Position numbers and translations under genes: made by a program | Assembly: GCA_016214905.1 (NCBI GenBank) | Contig: JACRMQ010000007.1 | Location: 328,965-392,964 of the forward strand | Length of the DNA: 64,000 nt | Direction of reading: 5' to 3' | From: Ignavibacteriales bacterium | Lineage (GTDB): Bacteria; Bacteroidota; Ignavibacteria; UBA10030; SZUA-254 | The notes under the pieces: model-generated | Told to the model about the DNA's origin: nothing | The model's database searches: none | What the model saw: only the letters and a program-made list of their open reading frames with translations | In this document: positions 1 to 12,345 of the stretch, piece after piece | Layout of the letters: the number at the start of each line of letters is the position of its first letter | Position numbering within the stretch: position 1 is the first letter of the stretch

Positions 1-2064
<2,064 letters not shown>

Positions 2065-2133
2065 TGATATTATCCAATCTGCTTGTCTATTTTCTATAAC
2101 AATTATTTTAAACTAAGTATTCCTTACTTTTCT

Positions 2134-2162
2134 AATATACTTAAATGGGTATGATTACGCAA
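2134..2162 (-). promoter_or_regulatory. sigma70-type promoter for clpC (TTGCGT-17-TATATT)
   Basis: Hexamers and 17-nt spacer read directly on the minus strand. The same -10 form recurs before several genes here. Confidence 0.55.
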
Positions 2163-2174
2163 GGAGAGAAATGA

Positions 2175-2203
2175 TTGACTTTCCGCTTGAATTTTCATAT
2201 ATT
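2175..2203 (+). promoter_or_regulatory. sigma70-type promoter for tRNA-Asn (TTGACT-17-TATATT)
   Basis: Near-consensus hexamers with 17-nt spacing, about 50 nt upstream of the tRNA. Confidence 0.65.
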
Positions 2204-2251
2204 TATACAACTTCCAATGAAAAATCCTTTAATTTTTACGGAAGTAATGAT

Positions 2252-2323
2252 TCCGCAGTAGCTCAATGGTGGAGCATCCGGCTGTTAACCGGAGGGTTAC
2301 AAGTTCGAGTCTTGTCTGCGGAG
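2252..2323 (+). tRNA. tRNA-Asn (GTT), CCA not encoded
   Basis: Cloverleaf: acceptor TCCGCAG/CTGCGGA, D-arm GCTC/GAGC, anticodon arm TCCGG-CTGTTAA-CCGGA, T-arm ACAAG-TTCGAGT-CTTGT. Confidence 0.97.
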
Positions 2324-2330
2324 CAAAATT

Positions 2331-2360
2331 AATCCCGATCTAACTATCGGGATTTTTTTT
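2331..2360 (+). terminator. Intrinsic terminator after tRNA-Asn
   Basis: AATCCCGAT-ctaact-ATCGGGATT hairpin followed by a T-run. Confidence 0.8.
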
Positions 2361-2484
2361 GCATATTCTGGAATATTCAAACTCTAAAATTTGATAACTA
2401 TTCAATTAGTTGAATCTAATATCGAATTTTCCTACCTTTCAGCTAATAGAAGTTAGAACAAATTATTTTAACCAGGAGATTATT

Positions 2485-2835
2485 ATGCAAATCTATATTG
2501 GAAATTTACCGAAGGAATACACTGATGCCGAATTGAAATCGATGTTTGAAGAATTCGGTACGGTTAAAGAAGCGAATATTGGGCGTAACAAAAAAACGAA
2601 TGAATCGGAAGGTTACGGAATTGTTGTTATGTCGGTTAAATCTGAAGCGCGCGATGCGGTTGAGGGTTTGCGCGGAAAAGAAATTCAAGGTAAACCACTG
2701 AGAGTGAGAATTCTAAAACCCGGTGACGATTTTCATACTCAAGAAATGGGAAGATCTGGAATACCTTTGGTAAAAAGCAGCGGATCATTTCGTGGAACAA
2801 GCGCGATCAGACGCGGTGGACAGCGAGGAAGCTGA
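2485..2835 (+). CDS. RRM-domain RNA-binding protein
   Basis: MQIYIGNL (RNP2) and EGYGIVVM (RNP1-like), Gly/Arg-rich tail, AGGAG RBS before ATG 2485. Confidence 0.9.
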   Translation: MQIYIGNLPKEYTDAELKSMFEEFGTVKEANIGRNKKTNESEGYGIVVMSVKSEARDAVEGLRGKEIQGKPLRVRILKPGDDFHTQEMGRSGIPLVKSSGSFRGTSAIRRGGQRGS

Positions 2836-2860
2836 TAACTCATATTAAGGTTATAGCATA

Positions 2861-2902
2861 AATAAAAAGCCATCCCGATAAATCGAGATGGCTTTTTATT
2901 TT
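2861..2902. terminator. Bidirectional intrinsic terminator between the RRM gene and rpmA
   Basis: AATAAAAAGCCATC...GATGGCTTTTTATT inverted repeat between convergent genes. Confidence 0.85.
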
Positions 2903-2920
2903 TAAAAATTCAGTTGAATT

Positions 2921-3175
2921 TTACGCGGTTAGAATTTCAACAATTTTTTTTGATTTTCCATAATCGTTGAACTTCACTACTCCATCGGTAAGAGCAAAGA
3001 GGGTATCGTCACTTCCGATTCCAACATTTGTGCCTGGTGCAAATTTGGTACCCCTTTGTCGGACGATAATACTACCTGCGGTAACTTTTTCGCCACCAAA
3101 TCTTTTCACACCTAATCTCTGCGCGTTGCTATCGCGTCCGTTTCTTGAACTTCCGCCGCCTTTTTTATGAGCCAT
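2921..3175 (-). CDS. rpmA: 50S ribosomal protein L27
   Basis: [16 protein letters not shown]...IIVRQRGTK signature. Confidence 0.99.
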   Translation of the reverse strand: MAHKKGGGSSRNGRDSNAQRLGVKRFGGEKVTAGSIIVRQRGTKFAPGTNVGIGSDDTLFALTDGVVKFNDYGKSKKIVEILTA

Positions 3176-3189
3176 ACTATTCTCTCTTT

Positions 3190-3498
3190 CTACCCAATAT
3201 TTGTTATTTCTACTTCTGTGTACTGCTGACGATGTCCGCGGCGCAAACGGTATCCTTTTCTTTTCTTCTTCTTAAAAACTATCACCTTATCATCTTTAAT
3301 ATTTCCAAGAATCTTTGCTTCAACGGTACTATTTTTAATAAATGGATTTCCAATTTGAACGCTTTTTTCATCGGCTTTAAGAAGTACACGCTCGAATTTT
3401 ACTGTGCTTCCAACTTCAGCACTAAGCCGGGGAACAAAAATCCTCTCGCCCTGACTGACTTTTAACTGCTGACCTGAGATGTCGACAACGACAAACAT
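3190..3498 (-). CDS. rplU: 50S ribosomal protein L21
   Basis: KKKKRKGY...GHRQQYT motif; adjacent to rpmA. Confidence 0.98.
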   Translation of the reverse strand: MFVVVDISGQQLKVSQGERIFVPRLSAEVGSTVKFERVLLKADEKSVQIGNPFIKNSTVEAKILGNIKDDKVIVFKKKKRKGYRLRRGHRQQYTEVEITNIG

Positions 3499-3732
3499 GT
3501 TGATTTTACCTTATTTTAAGTGATTTTTCTATCGAATGCATAACAATGTACGAATTTTTTTTGGAATGTCAAAACCCCATTTATGATACTTAATCAGCAA
3601 TTATTTAAAATTTTGTTTGACTTTTATTGCAAATCTCAATATGTTATGTTACTCATCGATCGTAATTAAACACTCGATTATATGCTGATGGTTAATTACT
3701 TCATTTTTGTGTTTGAATATTATTAATAAATC

Positions 3733-4116
3733 ATGAAGAAAAAAACAGTTCTTATTGTAGAAGACAGCCCGGGGTTTTCCGAGTTAATGAAGTATGTGGT
3801 TGAAGATGAAGGATTCAAAGGTGTTATTTTTCCGCTTGAAGAAAATTTTCTTAAATGGGTGGAAAAAGAAAAACCATCTGCCATTATCATGGATTTGGCG
3901 CTTAACCGGATGAGCGGATTCGATTTGATTAGAGAATTAAAAGGGAGCACAAAATATAAACAGATTCCCGTTGTCGTAATTACCGGACGGGATCTCGAGA
4001 TCAAGGATATTACTGAATTGAAAGTGCATGGAATTCCTTATATGCGAAAAGGGCGTGTGGATATGCACGAAATCCATCAGGCAATTCGCACGCTTGTCGA
4101 AAAATCAGAGAAGTGA
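3733..4116 (+). CDS. Stand-alone response regulator receiver protein
   Basis: VLIVEDS, IIMDLAL, SGFDL, IPVVVITG receiver motifs; no output domain. Confidence 0.9.
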   Translation: MKKKTVLIVEDSPGFSELMKYVVEDEGFKGVIFPLEENFLKWVEKEKPSAIIMDLALNRMSGFDLIRELKGSTKYKQIPVVVITGRDLEIKDITELKVHGIPYMRKGRVDMHEIHQAIRTLVEKSEK

Positions 4117-4185
4117 ATATTTTTCATTTTACCTAATTAACATCCTATCTGCACGCCCAATATATCTGTTCTCTTTTATCTATCC

Positions 4186-4214
4186 TTGCAATTAATAAAT
4201 GGCAATTGTATATT
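4186..4214 (+). promoter_or_regulatory. sigma70-type promoter (TTGCAA-17-TATATT) upstream of small ORF
   Basis: Hexamers and spacer read directly. Confidence 0.55.
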
Positions 4215-4249
4215 AGATCGTGAAATAATTTAATTCAGGTGTTGTTGAA

Positions 4250-4366
4250 ATGGTAATAACAGTAGAAGAAAAAGTGTCGATAACGTTTTGGTGGATTGTA
4301 GCAGTTGCGATTACCGCGTATTTGTTCTGGGGCGTTATTAATACAATTCGAATTATACTGCAGTAA
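4250..4366 (+). CDS. Putative 38-aa single-pass small membrane protein
   Basis: MVITVEEKVSITFWWIVAVAITAYLFWGVINTIRIILQ*. Has its own promoter and a CAGGTG RBS-like sequence; below the ORF-track cutoff. Confidence 0.55.
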   Translation: MVITVEEKVSITFWWIVAVAITAYLFWGVINTIRIILQ

Positions 4367-4394
4367 TTAAAGATTTACTTATAAAGTAGAATCA

Positions 4395-4991
4395 TCAACA
4401 ATTTTGTTGATTGAATATTTTTTGAAATTCTTCAAAACCTTCCCTACCTAACATAAACTTTAGTTCTGTCGCGCATATATCCAATATGTTTTTTGTCCCG
4501 CTTTCAAATTGTGAACAGCACTTTGGTTGATTCTCTACTTCCAGGTCATCAATCATCAATGTATGTTGACTTATTACTAACGGAAAGGCGATACAATAAA
4601 AGGGCTTTAAAGCAAAAGGGTGAAGTCCTTCTGCGAGAGCTGTTTTCTGAAGGGCGCATAATCCGCTCGAATCAAGGAAAACGCATCCCTGCTCAGTCGC
4701 CTGCGTACCGATAGCTAATCCGGAAGGAAAATCGATATCTTGACATGGTTCCGATTCGAACCATTTCTCGGGATTCTTTTCTTGTGTTGGTTCAAGATGC
4801 CTCTGAATTATCTGTGCATGATTGAGAATATTATCTCGCTCGCTAATATCTGCAAAAACCCCCCACTTGCAGCATTCACCGGTGCAATTCTTCATAGAGC
4901 ATGACGATGGATACTTAGTTGTGAAAATCGAAGTATCAATTCGCAGTTCAGAAATATGTTTTAATCTGTGTTTGTGTAATATTATATTCAT
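4395..4991 (-). CDS. DUF3109/YkgJ-like cysteine-cluster protein
   Basis: CSMKNCTGECC, GCVFL...LCALQ, KPFYCIAFPL motifs; start placed at ATG 4991. Confidence 0.75.
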   Translation of the reverse strand: MNIILHKHRLKHISELRIDTSIFTTKYPSSCSMKNCTGECCKWGVFADISERDNILNHAQIIQRHLEPTQEKNPEKWFESEPCQDIDFPSGLAIGTQATEQGCVFLDSSGLCALQKTALAEGLHPFALKPFYCIAFPLVISQHTLMIDDLEVENQPKCCSQFESGTKNILDICATELKFMLGREGFEEFQKIFNQQNC

Positions 4992-5165
4992 AGTGGTAAA
5001 CAAAATACCTTTTTTCGGATGCATTTCCAAGGAAAATATTATCTAGAATTTGAGAGTGAATATTCTAAAAATATAGTAAGGGAATTATTTTAATAATTTT
5101 AATAAAAGTTCCATGCAAAACCTGAACAGTTATTTGAATTGAGTTCGCGGAGGACATTCTTTTAT

Positions 5166-6326
5166 CTATTTATTTATTTGAAATAATTTCTCCCATTTAA
5201 AAATTTGATTGATATTCAATAGCTCCGCGGGGATGGATTTTCCGGAACCGTCAATCTCGCGCAGACCGACGAAAGGACGAAGATCGCCAAGATCAACAAG
5301 TTTGGGTGGCATTTCAGAATGAGTGTCTACTTGATATGATATGCCGAGATCGGCATTTGATTGTTTTCTGTTCTCATAACGGATTATCACATTGCGTATT
5401 ATAAGATCATAAGCACGTTTACCGTTAAATGGTAATTTGTTGTATTCATCAATCTCGAATTGCTTAAGACAATCTAATGCAATGGCGTAAATGGAAGTCA
5501 GCATTCCGACGAAATTCAACTTACGTATAAAATCTTTTTCAGGGTCGTTAATCGTATGACCCGACTCAACGAGGAGCGTACTCGTTCCCCATTTTTGCAT
5601 ATTATCTCCGAATGCCCGCGGCTCAAAACTGTCGTCGTATTTTGTAACGTAACCGCTTATATGTTCATTCATTGAAGTTGCAAATACTGCGGCAAGATGT
5701 TTAGCTCGTTCTCTTGATTCATTATCGGTTTTTGCAGAATTAAATGCCGGCGCCAGCAAGCCGATTGCAGAAAGTTTATTCGATGATCCGACAGAACTCA
5801 GTTCTTGATCGTGAAGATTAAATCCAAATTGCGGCTTAAGATTATGCTGCAGTGATTTTAATAATTGTGCTTCTGGTGTTTCAAGAGCAAGGGCATCGCG
5901 GTTCATATCAATTCCTTGAGCCGTTCGTCTTTGGAACCGGGCTGCACCATCGGGATTCAACATTGGAAGAAAATTTAAACGTATAGCCGAAAATATTTTT
6001 TGAACAATCGGTGTTTCCTTGTTTCGCGTGAGATAATTAATGATATCACAAAGTGCCATGGTGGCAGTTGACTCATCGCCGTGCATCTGAGACCAAAATA
6101 AAATATTTATTGTCCCGTTACCACCCGAAATTAGTTGTATGGGTTTATCCTCGAAAGAGCGGCCGATCTCTTCGCGCTGAAATATTCCGGATAAATTTAC
6201 TAATAATTTTGAAATGACATTTGATAAAATTTCAGGTACAAAATCTCTTTGCGGGAAATCGGGTACACGGAAAATTTGGTAATTATCGAACAAATAACGG
6301 GAAAATTCCAGAACTTCTTTCTTCAT
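5166..6326 (-). CDS. M14 family zinc carboxypeptidase
   Basis: WSQMHGDE, PMLNPDG, DMNRDA, FNLHDQ, LVESG motifs. Confidence 0.9.
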   Translation of the reverse strand: MKKEVLEFSRYLFDNYQIFRVPDFPQRDFVPEILSNVISKLLVNLSGIFQREEIGRSFEDKPIQLISGGNGTINILFWSQMHGDESTATMALCDIINYLTRNKETPIVQKIFSAIRLNFLPMLNPDGAARFQRRTAQGIDMNRDALALETPEAQLLKSLQHNLKPQFGFNLHDQELSSVGSSNKLSAIGLLAPAFNSAKTDNESRERAKHLAAVFATSMNEHISGYVTKYDDSFEPRAFGDNMQKWGTSTLLVESGHTINDPEKDFIRKLNFVGMLTSIYAIALDCLKQFEIDEYNKLPFNGKRAYDLIIRNVIIRYENRKQSNADLGISYQVDTHSEMPPKLVDLGDLRPFVGLREIDGSGKSIPAELLNINQIFKWEKLFQINK

Positions 6327-6402
6327 CAAACAGAATCCTTACTGTGTCGATCGATAATATAAGAAAAACTTTTGACCTATCAAGAAATTATAAAACAGTC
6401 TT

Positions 6403-6431
6403 TTGTTTATCTATTTCAATCTTTGTATATT
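6403..6431 (+). promoter_or_regulatory. Putative lon promoter (TTGTTT-17-TATATT)
   Basis: Hexamers with 17-nt spacer about 70 nt before the lon ATG. Confidence 0.5.
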
Positions 6432-6499
6432 TTCACTCATTAAGCAACGATATTGAAAAATTACCGCCCATCCGGGCGTTTTTTATCCCTCAAAAGAAT

Positions 6500-8881
6500 A
6501 TGAATAACATCGATTTTAATATTTCCGACGACCAACTCCCATCTCCAGAAAAACTCCCAACATCGCTGCCGGTTGTGGCCCTGCGCGACATTGTTGTTTA
6601 TCCGTATATGATATATCCGGTGCTGCTGGGCCGCGAATCATCACTTCGGGCTGCGGCCTATGCCAATGAACACGATCGTTTTGTGTTTCTCGTTTCTCAG
6701 CGTGATCCAACGCTTGAAGAACCGGGGCAAAACGATGTCTACAGAGACGGAACGGTAGCAAAAATTATCCAGACCATGAAGATGCCGAACGGTCTTATGA
6801 AAATACTGGTTGACGGCATAATGCACGCCACAATAAAGTATTTTCGGCAAGCGGAACCGTTCATGGATGTTGAAGTTGAGTATCATCCGCCGGAGGAGGT
6901 TCCATCGAATGAGATTTCTGCGTTAGTGCGACAGTCATCAGCGCTTTTTACTGAATATATTCAACTCAGTCGAAATATTCCGCAAGAAATATTATCGGCA
7001 TTTGAGACATTAAAAAATCCGCATCGAAAATTATTTTATATCGCATCGAATATCTCAAAAGAAGTGACGGCAAAACAACTCATCTTGCAGCATTATTCTC
7101 TGAAGGAACAATATTTTGAACTCGCGCGATTACTTACATCGGAAGTTGATATTTTAAGAATTGAACGCGATCTCGATTCAAAACTTCACGAAAGCATACA
7201 AAAATCGCAGAAAAAATTTCTTCTTCAAGAGCAGATGCGAATTTTGCAGGATGAATTAGGATCGGAAGAAGTTCTTTCGGCAGAACTTATAAAACTGAAG
7301 GAACAGATCGATCACGCGAAAATGCCGAAAGAAGTTTACGAGAAAGCGGTTGAGGAATTTAACAAGCTGAAAAAAACACCACCGCAATCACCGGAGTTTG
7401 GTGTCAGCCGTAATTTTCTCGATTGGTTAATCATTGTTCCATGGTCGAAAAGCACTAAAGATAATCTTGATGTAGAGCATGTACAAAAAATATTGGACGA
7501 AGATCATTTCGGATTGGAGAAACCTAAGGAACGAATTCTTGAGCACATTGCCGTGCTGAATTTGGTAAAAGAGATGAAGGGGCAGATACTTTGTTTCGTC
7601 GGGCCACCGGGCGTGGGCAAAACATCGCTCGGGAAATCAATCGCACGCGCGCTTGGAAGAAAATTCGTTCGCATATCTCTCGGCGGTGTAAGAGACGAAG
7701 CCGAAATTCGCGGTCATCGCCGCACTTATATCGGCTCGATGCCGGGTAAAATTATACAATCAATGAAGCGTGCCGGTGTAATTAATCCCGTTATTCTTAT
7801 GGACGAAGTAGATAAAATGAGTATGGATTTCAGGGGTGACCCGTCTGCCGCATTACTCGAAGTTTTAGATCCCGAGCAAAATACAACATTCAACGACCAT
7901 TATCTTGATATCGATTACGATCTTTCACATGTTATGTTCATAACAACCGCGAATGTTCGTTACAACATTCCCCTTCCACTGCAAGACAGGATGGAAATAA
8001 TTGAACTGCCGGGTTACCTCGAATATGATAAACGTGAAATTGCCAAAAGGCATATTATTCCGAAACAACTTGAAGAACACGGATTGAAATCGAAAGATGT
8101 TTCATTTAAAGACGAAGCAATCACAAAAGTGATACAAGAATACACGCGCGAGGCAGGAGTTCGGAATCTGGAACGAGAGATTGCATCGCTTTGCCGCAAA
8201 GCTGCTAAAGAAATTGTCTTGAACAGAAAATCGAAGAGCAAAAAATCCAAACAGGCGCCAATAATAATCGATGAGAAAAAAGTTGAACAATTGATAGGTG
8301 TCCCAAAGTTCAGACAAAAAACAACGAACGGTGAAAAGCGAATCGGTTCAGTTATAGGTTTGGCTTGGACGAGTGTTGGAGGGGACATATTAAATGTTGA
8401 CGTAACCATAATGAACGGACTTGAAAAACTCACGCTTACAGGACAACTTGGGGATGTAATGAAAGAGTCTGCTCAAGCGGCGCTTAGCTACATACGTTCG
8501 AATGCGAAGAAACTTGGCGTGCCTGCCGAGTTTTACAGGAAGAGAGAAATTCATATTCATCTTCCTGAAGGTGCTATTCCCAAAGACGGTCCATCAGCTG
8601 GTATCACCATGGCGATGGCAATTATTTCAGCCGCCGCGCACAAACCTGCCCGGAATGATGTGGCTATGACCGGCGAGATCACATTACGTGGAAATATTTT
8701 AGCAATCGGCGGATTAAACGAAAAACTCTTAGCCGCTCAGCGAAGCGGCATCAAAACAGTCCTTATTCCGAAAGAAAACAAAAAAGACCTTATTGAGATA
8801 CCGGCAAAAGTAAAAGAAGGGGTAAAGATAATACCGATTGATACGATAGCCGACGCGATTAAATATGTCTTTGAAAAATAA
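6500..8881 (+). CDS. lon: Lon protease (endopeptidase La)
   Basis: LPVVALRD N-domain, [26 protein letters not shown]. Start moved to ATG 6500 because the upstream extension overlaps the divergent gene. Confidence 0.98.
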   Translation: MNNIDFNISDDQLPSPEKLPTSLPVVALRDIVVYPYMIYPVLLGRESSLRAAAYANEHDRFVFLVSQRDPTLEEPGQNDVYRDGTVAKIIQTMKMPNGLMKILVDGIMHATIKYFRQAEPFMDVEVEYHPPEEVPSNEISALVRQSSALFTEYIQLSRNIPQEILSAFETLKNPHRKLFYIASNISKEVTAKQLILQHYSLKEQYFELARLLTSEVDILRIERDLDSKLHESIQKSQKKFLLQEQMRILQDELGSEEVLSAELIKLKEQIDHAKMPKEVYEKAVEEFNKLKKTPPQSPEFGVSRNFLDWLIIVPWSKSTKDNLDVEHVQKILDEDHFGLEKPKERILEHIAVLNLVKEMKGQILCFVGPPGVGKTSLGKSIARALGRKFVRISLGGVRDEAEIRGHRRTYIGSMPGKIIQSMKRAGVINPVILMDEVDKMSMDFRGDPSAALLEVLDPEQNTTFNDHYLDIDYDLSHVMFITTANVRYNIPLPLQDRMEIIELPGYLEYDKREIAKRHIIPKQLEEHGLKSKDVSFKDEAITKVIQEYTREAGVRNLEREIASLCRKAAKEIVLNRKSKSKKSKQAPIIIDEKKVEQLIGVPKFRQKTTNGEKRIGSVIGLAWTSVGGDILNVDVTIMNGLEKLTLTGQLGDVMKESAQAALSYIRSNAKKLGVPAEFYRKREIHIHLPEGAIPKDGPSAGITMAMAIISAAAHKPARNDVAMTGEITLRGNILAIGGLNEKLLAAQRSGIKTVLIPKENKKDLIEIPAKVKEGVKIIPIDTIADAIKYVFEK

Positions 8882-8893
8882 TTTTAATAACTC

Positions 8894-8922
8894 TTGAATC
8901 TCTGCGATAAGAAATTTATATT
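8894..8922 (+). promoter_or_regulatory. Putative dnaX promoter (TTGAAT-17-TATATT)
   Basis: Hexamers with 17-nt spacer in the lon-dnaX gap. Confidence 0.55.
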
Positions 8923-8955
8923 ACTATTCAAATATTCTAAATCAATAAGCAACCT

Positions 8956-10653
8956 ATGGCATATCTTGTAACCGCGCGTAAGTGGAGACCGATGGTGTTC
9001 GATGACATTATTGGACAAGCGCATATTGCCACAACTCTACGAAATGCCATCGCCGCTAATAGATTATCTCATGCCTATGTTTTCAGCGGACCACGCGGTG
9101 TGGGGAAAACCACAACTGCCCGGATACTCGCCAAAGCCGTCAACTGTACTTCTCCGGACAAACATAATCCCGATAACAAGTGCGATCTATGCACCGAGAT
9201 TACAGAAGGAAGAAGCGTAAATGTTTTTGAAATCGATGGTGCTTCTAACAGGGGAGTTGAAGAGATCAGAAATCTGCGCGATGCGGTGAGATACGGACCC
9301 GCCAAGGGGAAATACAAAATATACATTATCGATGAAGTGCACATGCTCACAAAAGAGGCGTTCAATGCCCTTCTAAAAACGCTTGAAGAGCCCCCTTCGT
9401 ATGTTATGTTTATTTTTGCTACGACTGAAATTCATAAAGTGCCTCTCACAATACTTTCACGCTGTCAGCGGTTCGAGTTCAGAAGAATTTCCATCGAAGA
9501 AATAATATCCCGTTTGCATTTCATCGCGAAAGAAGAAAAAATATTGATCGACCACGACTCGTTATTGCTGATTGCCAAACGCGCCGATGGTTCCATGAGA
9601 GATGCACAGAGTATTTTCGATCAGGTTATTTCTTTTTGCGGAAATAAAATTTCATCTCAACAAATCATCGAAATGCTTAATCTCGTTGATGAAGAATATT
9701 TTTTCCGCCTTGTTGATATTATCAGATCGAAAGAAATAAAAGAAGGGCTATTACTCGCGGATGAGATAATAAAAATGGGGCATGATCTGAGAGAATTTCT
9801 AAACGGATTCATCGAACATCTTAGAAATATCCTGATCTTAAAAACAACTAAATCAGACAAATTAATAGAAGCATCCGAAGCGGTTAAAAAACGTTTTGAA
9901 ACGGTTGCGGATAAATTTTCGGAAATCGATTTGTTGCGCCTCATAAAAATTGCCTCCGAAACTGAAAGTGCGCTCAAATGGAATCGACAACCACGATTGA
10001 ATTTCGAAATTGCGATTGTCCAGATGATAAAGCTTGATAACTCAGTTGAAATCGGTTCTTTAATTGAGCGGATCGAAAATTTATCAAACTCTTCCGGTGA
10101 TGACTCATCGAATAACAAATCGTTACATGATGAAACATCAAATCTAAAATTAAAAGATGCGCCTATTAGAGGAAGCGTGAAAGCAACTCAACCAACGTTG
10201 CGTCCGGATCAAGTGATTAAACCTACGATACCGCTTTCTCAAATTCCAGTTGTTGCAGAACCAATCCGGTTACCTACAAAAAATGATATCTTAGAAAAAT
10301 GGTCTGTGTTTGTATCCGAAGCAAGAAAAGAACGTATCGCAATAGGCACGATGTTAAGTGAGACATCTTTTATCGATATTAACAACGATCGTCTTTGTAT
10401 CGGTTGTCCCGACGATTTTCACGCCGACACACTTAACGTAACAAAAAATCGTCAATATCTTCAAGACATTGCAGAGCGAGTTTATGGCGCGAAAGTGCAA
10501 CTCGAAACAATTCTCTCTTCGAAAACAAAATCATTCTCAATTCCAAAAACAACAGAACCACCGCAAGAGACTCAATCCCAATCATCAGTTCAACAACATC
10601 CCGTTATTCAAGCGCTCGTCAAAGAATTCGGAGTAAAACCTATCAACCGTTGA
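8956..10653 (+). CDS. dnaX: DNA polymerase III subunit gamma/tau
   Basis: ARKWRP, GPRGVGKTT, EIDGASNRG, IDEVHML, SRCQRF. Confidence 0.98.
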   Translation: MAYLVTARKWRPMVFDDIIGQAHIATTLRNAIAANRLSHAYVFSGPRGVGKTTTARILAKAVNCTSPDKHNPDNKCDLCTEITEGRSVNVFEIDGASNRGVEEIRNLRDAVRYGPAKGKYKIYIIDEVHMLTKEAFNALLKTLEEPPSYVMFIFATTEIHKVPLTILSRCQRFEFRRISIEEIISRLHFIAKEEKILIDHDSLLLIAKRADGSMRDAQSIFDQVISFCGNKISSQQIIEMLNLVDEEYFFRLVDIIRSKEIKEGLLLADEIIKMGHDLREFLNGFIEHLRNILILKTTKSDKLIEASEAVKKRFETVADKFSEIDLLRLIKIASETESALKWNRQPRLNFEIAIVQMIKLDNSVEIGSLIERIENLSNSSGDDSSNNKSLHDETSNLKLKDAPIRGSVKATQPTLRPDQVIKPTIPLSQIPVVAEPIRLPTKNDILEKWSVFVSEARKERIAIGTMLSETSFIDINNDRLCIGCPDDFHADTLNVTKNRQYLQDIAERVYGAKVQLETILSSKTKSFSIPKTTEPPQETQSQSSVQQHPVIQALVKEFGVKPINR

Positions 10654-10735
10654 TACTTTTTATCATTCAATATTGAGCATCTGTATCATTTGCTTTTATT
10701 ATTGATTTTCTCAATATTTCAAAAGGTATCATGTC

Positions 10736-11794
10736 ATGAAAACATTTAGAAATATAGAATGGCTTACTTGCATCTTATTGGCGATCTCAATAATATTTTT
10801 CTGCCCAAAAAAAGGCATTGCAGCTTCGAAAGGTAAATATGCGGGCGAATTCCTGTCTATTGGGATTGGCGGGCGAGCACTCGGTTTAGGTGGCGCTTAT
10901 ACAGCTCTGGCGGGTGATGTTACCGCAGGATATTGGAACCCCGCAGGACTTTCATCATTAACATATCCACAGATTTCACTTATGCACGACGAACGATTTG
11001 CAGGAATAGTAAATTATGATTATGTGGCGGCGGCGTACCCATTTGATGCGGTGGCAACTTTCGCGATCAGCGTAATTCGGTTAGGTGTCGATAATATACC
11101 AAATACGGAAAACGCCGGTATAGATGCGAATGGTAATCCGTTACCGCTTGATCAATGGCAGAATCTCGCCGGTCTCGATCAAAATAAAATCACCTATTTT
11201 AATGCCGCTGATTGGGGATTTATATTTTCATATGCCAACAAACATTCCAATCGCTTTTCTTATGGCGCAAATATCAAGCTGATTTACCGGTCACTTGATA
11301 AAGTATCAGCAACCGGGGTGGGATTCGATATCGGGGGAAGGTATGAAGCGGCTGATAATTTTTATCTCGGTGCGGTTCTTCAAGACGCAACAACAACACT
11401 GGTTGCATGGAGCAACGGAACAAACGAATTAATAATTCCCACGCTCAAAATCGGAACCGCATATTTCATTGAAGCATTTGATGGCAAATTCGCGCCGGTG
11501 TTTGACGTCGATATGCGATTTGAAAACCGACGCTCCGCATCCATGTTGCATCTGGGTGGTATGAGTTTGGATTTCCTTGAGGGACTTGAGTTTGAATACA
11601 AAAAACTTGCTTCGTTACGACTTGGTTATAGTGACGTTGGCACTTTTAATGTTGGCGCGGGTATCCGGCTTCCGAAACTCGGATTAGATTATTCATTCGC
11701 TCGATTCAGTTCGGATGAACAGTTAGGAGATACTCACCGTATTTCGCTGACATTCACTTTCGAAGCAGACCGATATAAACGCCTTAGCGAATAA
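10736..11794 (+). CDS. PorV/UPF0164-family outer-membrane protein
   Basis: Signal peptide; FLSIGIGGRALGLGGAY...YWNPAGL N-terminal motif; THRISL C-terminal strand. Confidence 0.85.
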   Translation: MKTFRNIEWLTCILLAISIIFFCPKKGIAASKGKYAGEFLSIGIGGRALGLGGAYTALAGDVTAGYWNPAGLSSLTYPQISLMHDERFAGIVNYDYVAAAYPFDAVATFAISVIRLGVDNIPNTENAGIDANGNPLPLDQWQNLAGLDQNKITYFNAADWGFIFSYANKHSNRFSYGANIKLIYRSLDKVSATGVGFDIGGRYEAADNFYLGAVLQDATTTLVAWSNGTNELIIPTLKIGTAYFIEAFDGKFAPVFDVDMRFENRRSASMLHLGGMSLDFLEGLEFEYKKLASLRLGYSDVGTFNVGAGIRLPKLGLDYSFARFSSDEQLGDTHRISLTFTFEADRYKRLSE

Positions 11795-11797
11795 CCG

Positions 11798-12343
11798 ATG
11801 CGGCTTATCATACCTCTATTTATTATTACGTTTCTCTCCGGTTGTGCTGTAAAACTACCTTATCTTTCAACTTATCCGTTGAGTGAACAATATTTTCATT
11901 CGCGCGACGGTACTTTCTATGGAAATGTTCCAGTCGGATGGTTTTCGGCGAGCGATGATACTCTCGGTCCCGCTGTTGTAGTCTGGCTTCTTAAAGAAGA
12001 TTTTACATGTACAATCACTGTCAATGAATTAAAGCTTGATCATTTTTCGCGCAACTTGATTGCGAAAGATGGTTTGGATATTCTTGCCAAACTCAGCGCC
12101 GCAGCTTACGGTAAAGACATTCCGGATTCGGATTTTGAGCCGATGCTTTTCAGACTTCGAGCAAAAGATTTTTGCAGTTACGAATTACCGAAGAATGACG
12201 AAACCAGAAGGATTGTATTGTTTGAGGCAAAAGGTCGTTATTACGAATGTACTGCTTATAAATTGAAAGGTGAATGGTCGGAGGAAGATTTTAAAAACCT
12301 CTTTACCGTACAACAATCGGTTCTCGGTTCAATCGGGTATTAA
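11798..12343 (+). CDS. Hypothetical lipoprotein
   Basis: Lipobox FLSGC; 3 nt after the PorV-like gene. Confidence 0.7.
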   Translation: MRLIIPLFIITFLSGCAVKLPYLSTYPLSEQYFHSRDGTFYGNVPVGWFSASDDTLGPAVVVWLLKEDFTCTITVNELKLDHFSRNLIAKDGLDILAKLSAAAYGKDIPDSDFEPMLFRLRAKDFCSYELPKNDETRRIVLFEAKGRYYECTAYKLKGEWSEEDFKNLFTVQQSVLGSIGY

Positions 12344-12345
12344 AA

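Noticed and set aside
2252..4400. Genomic island integrated at tRNA-Asn
   Set aside because: No integrase and no duplicated tRNA 3' end seen; the flanks are housekeeping genes.
6221..6499. 93-aa N-terminal extension of Lon
   Set aside because: It overlaps the divergent M14 gene and the promoter region; Lon homology begins after ATG 6500.
8956..10653. Programmed frameshift in dnaX
   Set aside because: I found no A-AAA-AAG heptamer or A9 run with a downstream hairpin at the expected position, only A6 runs.
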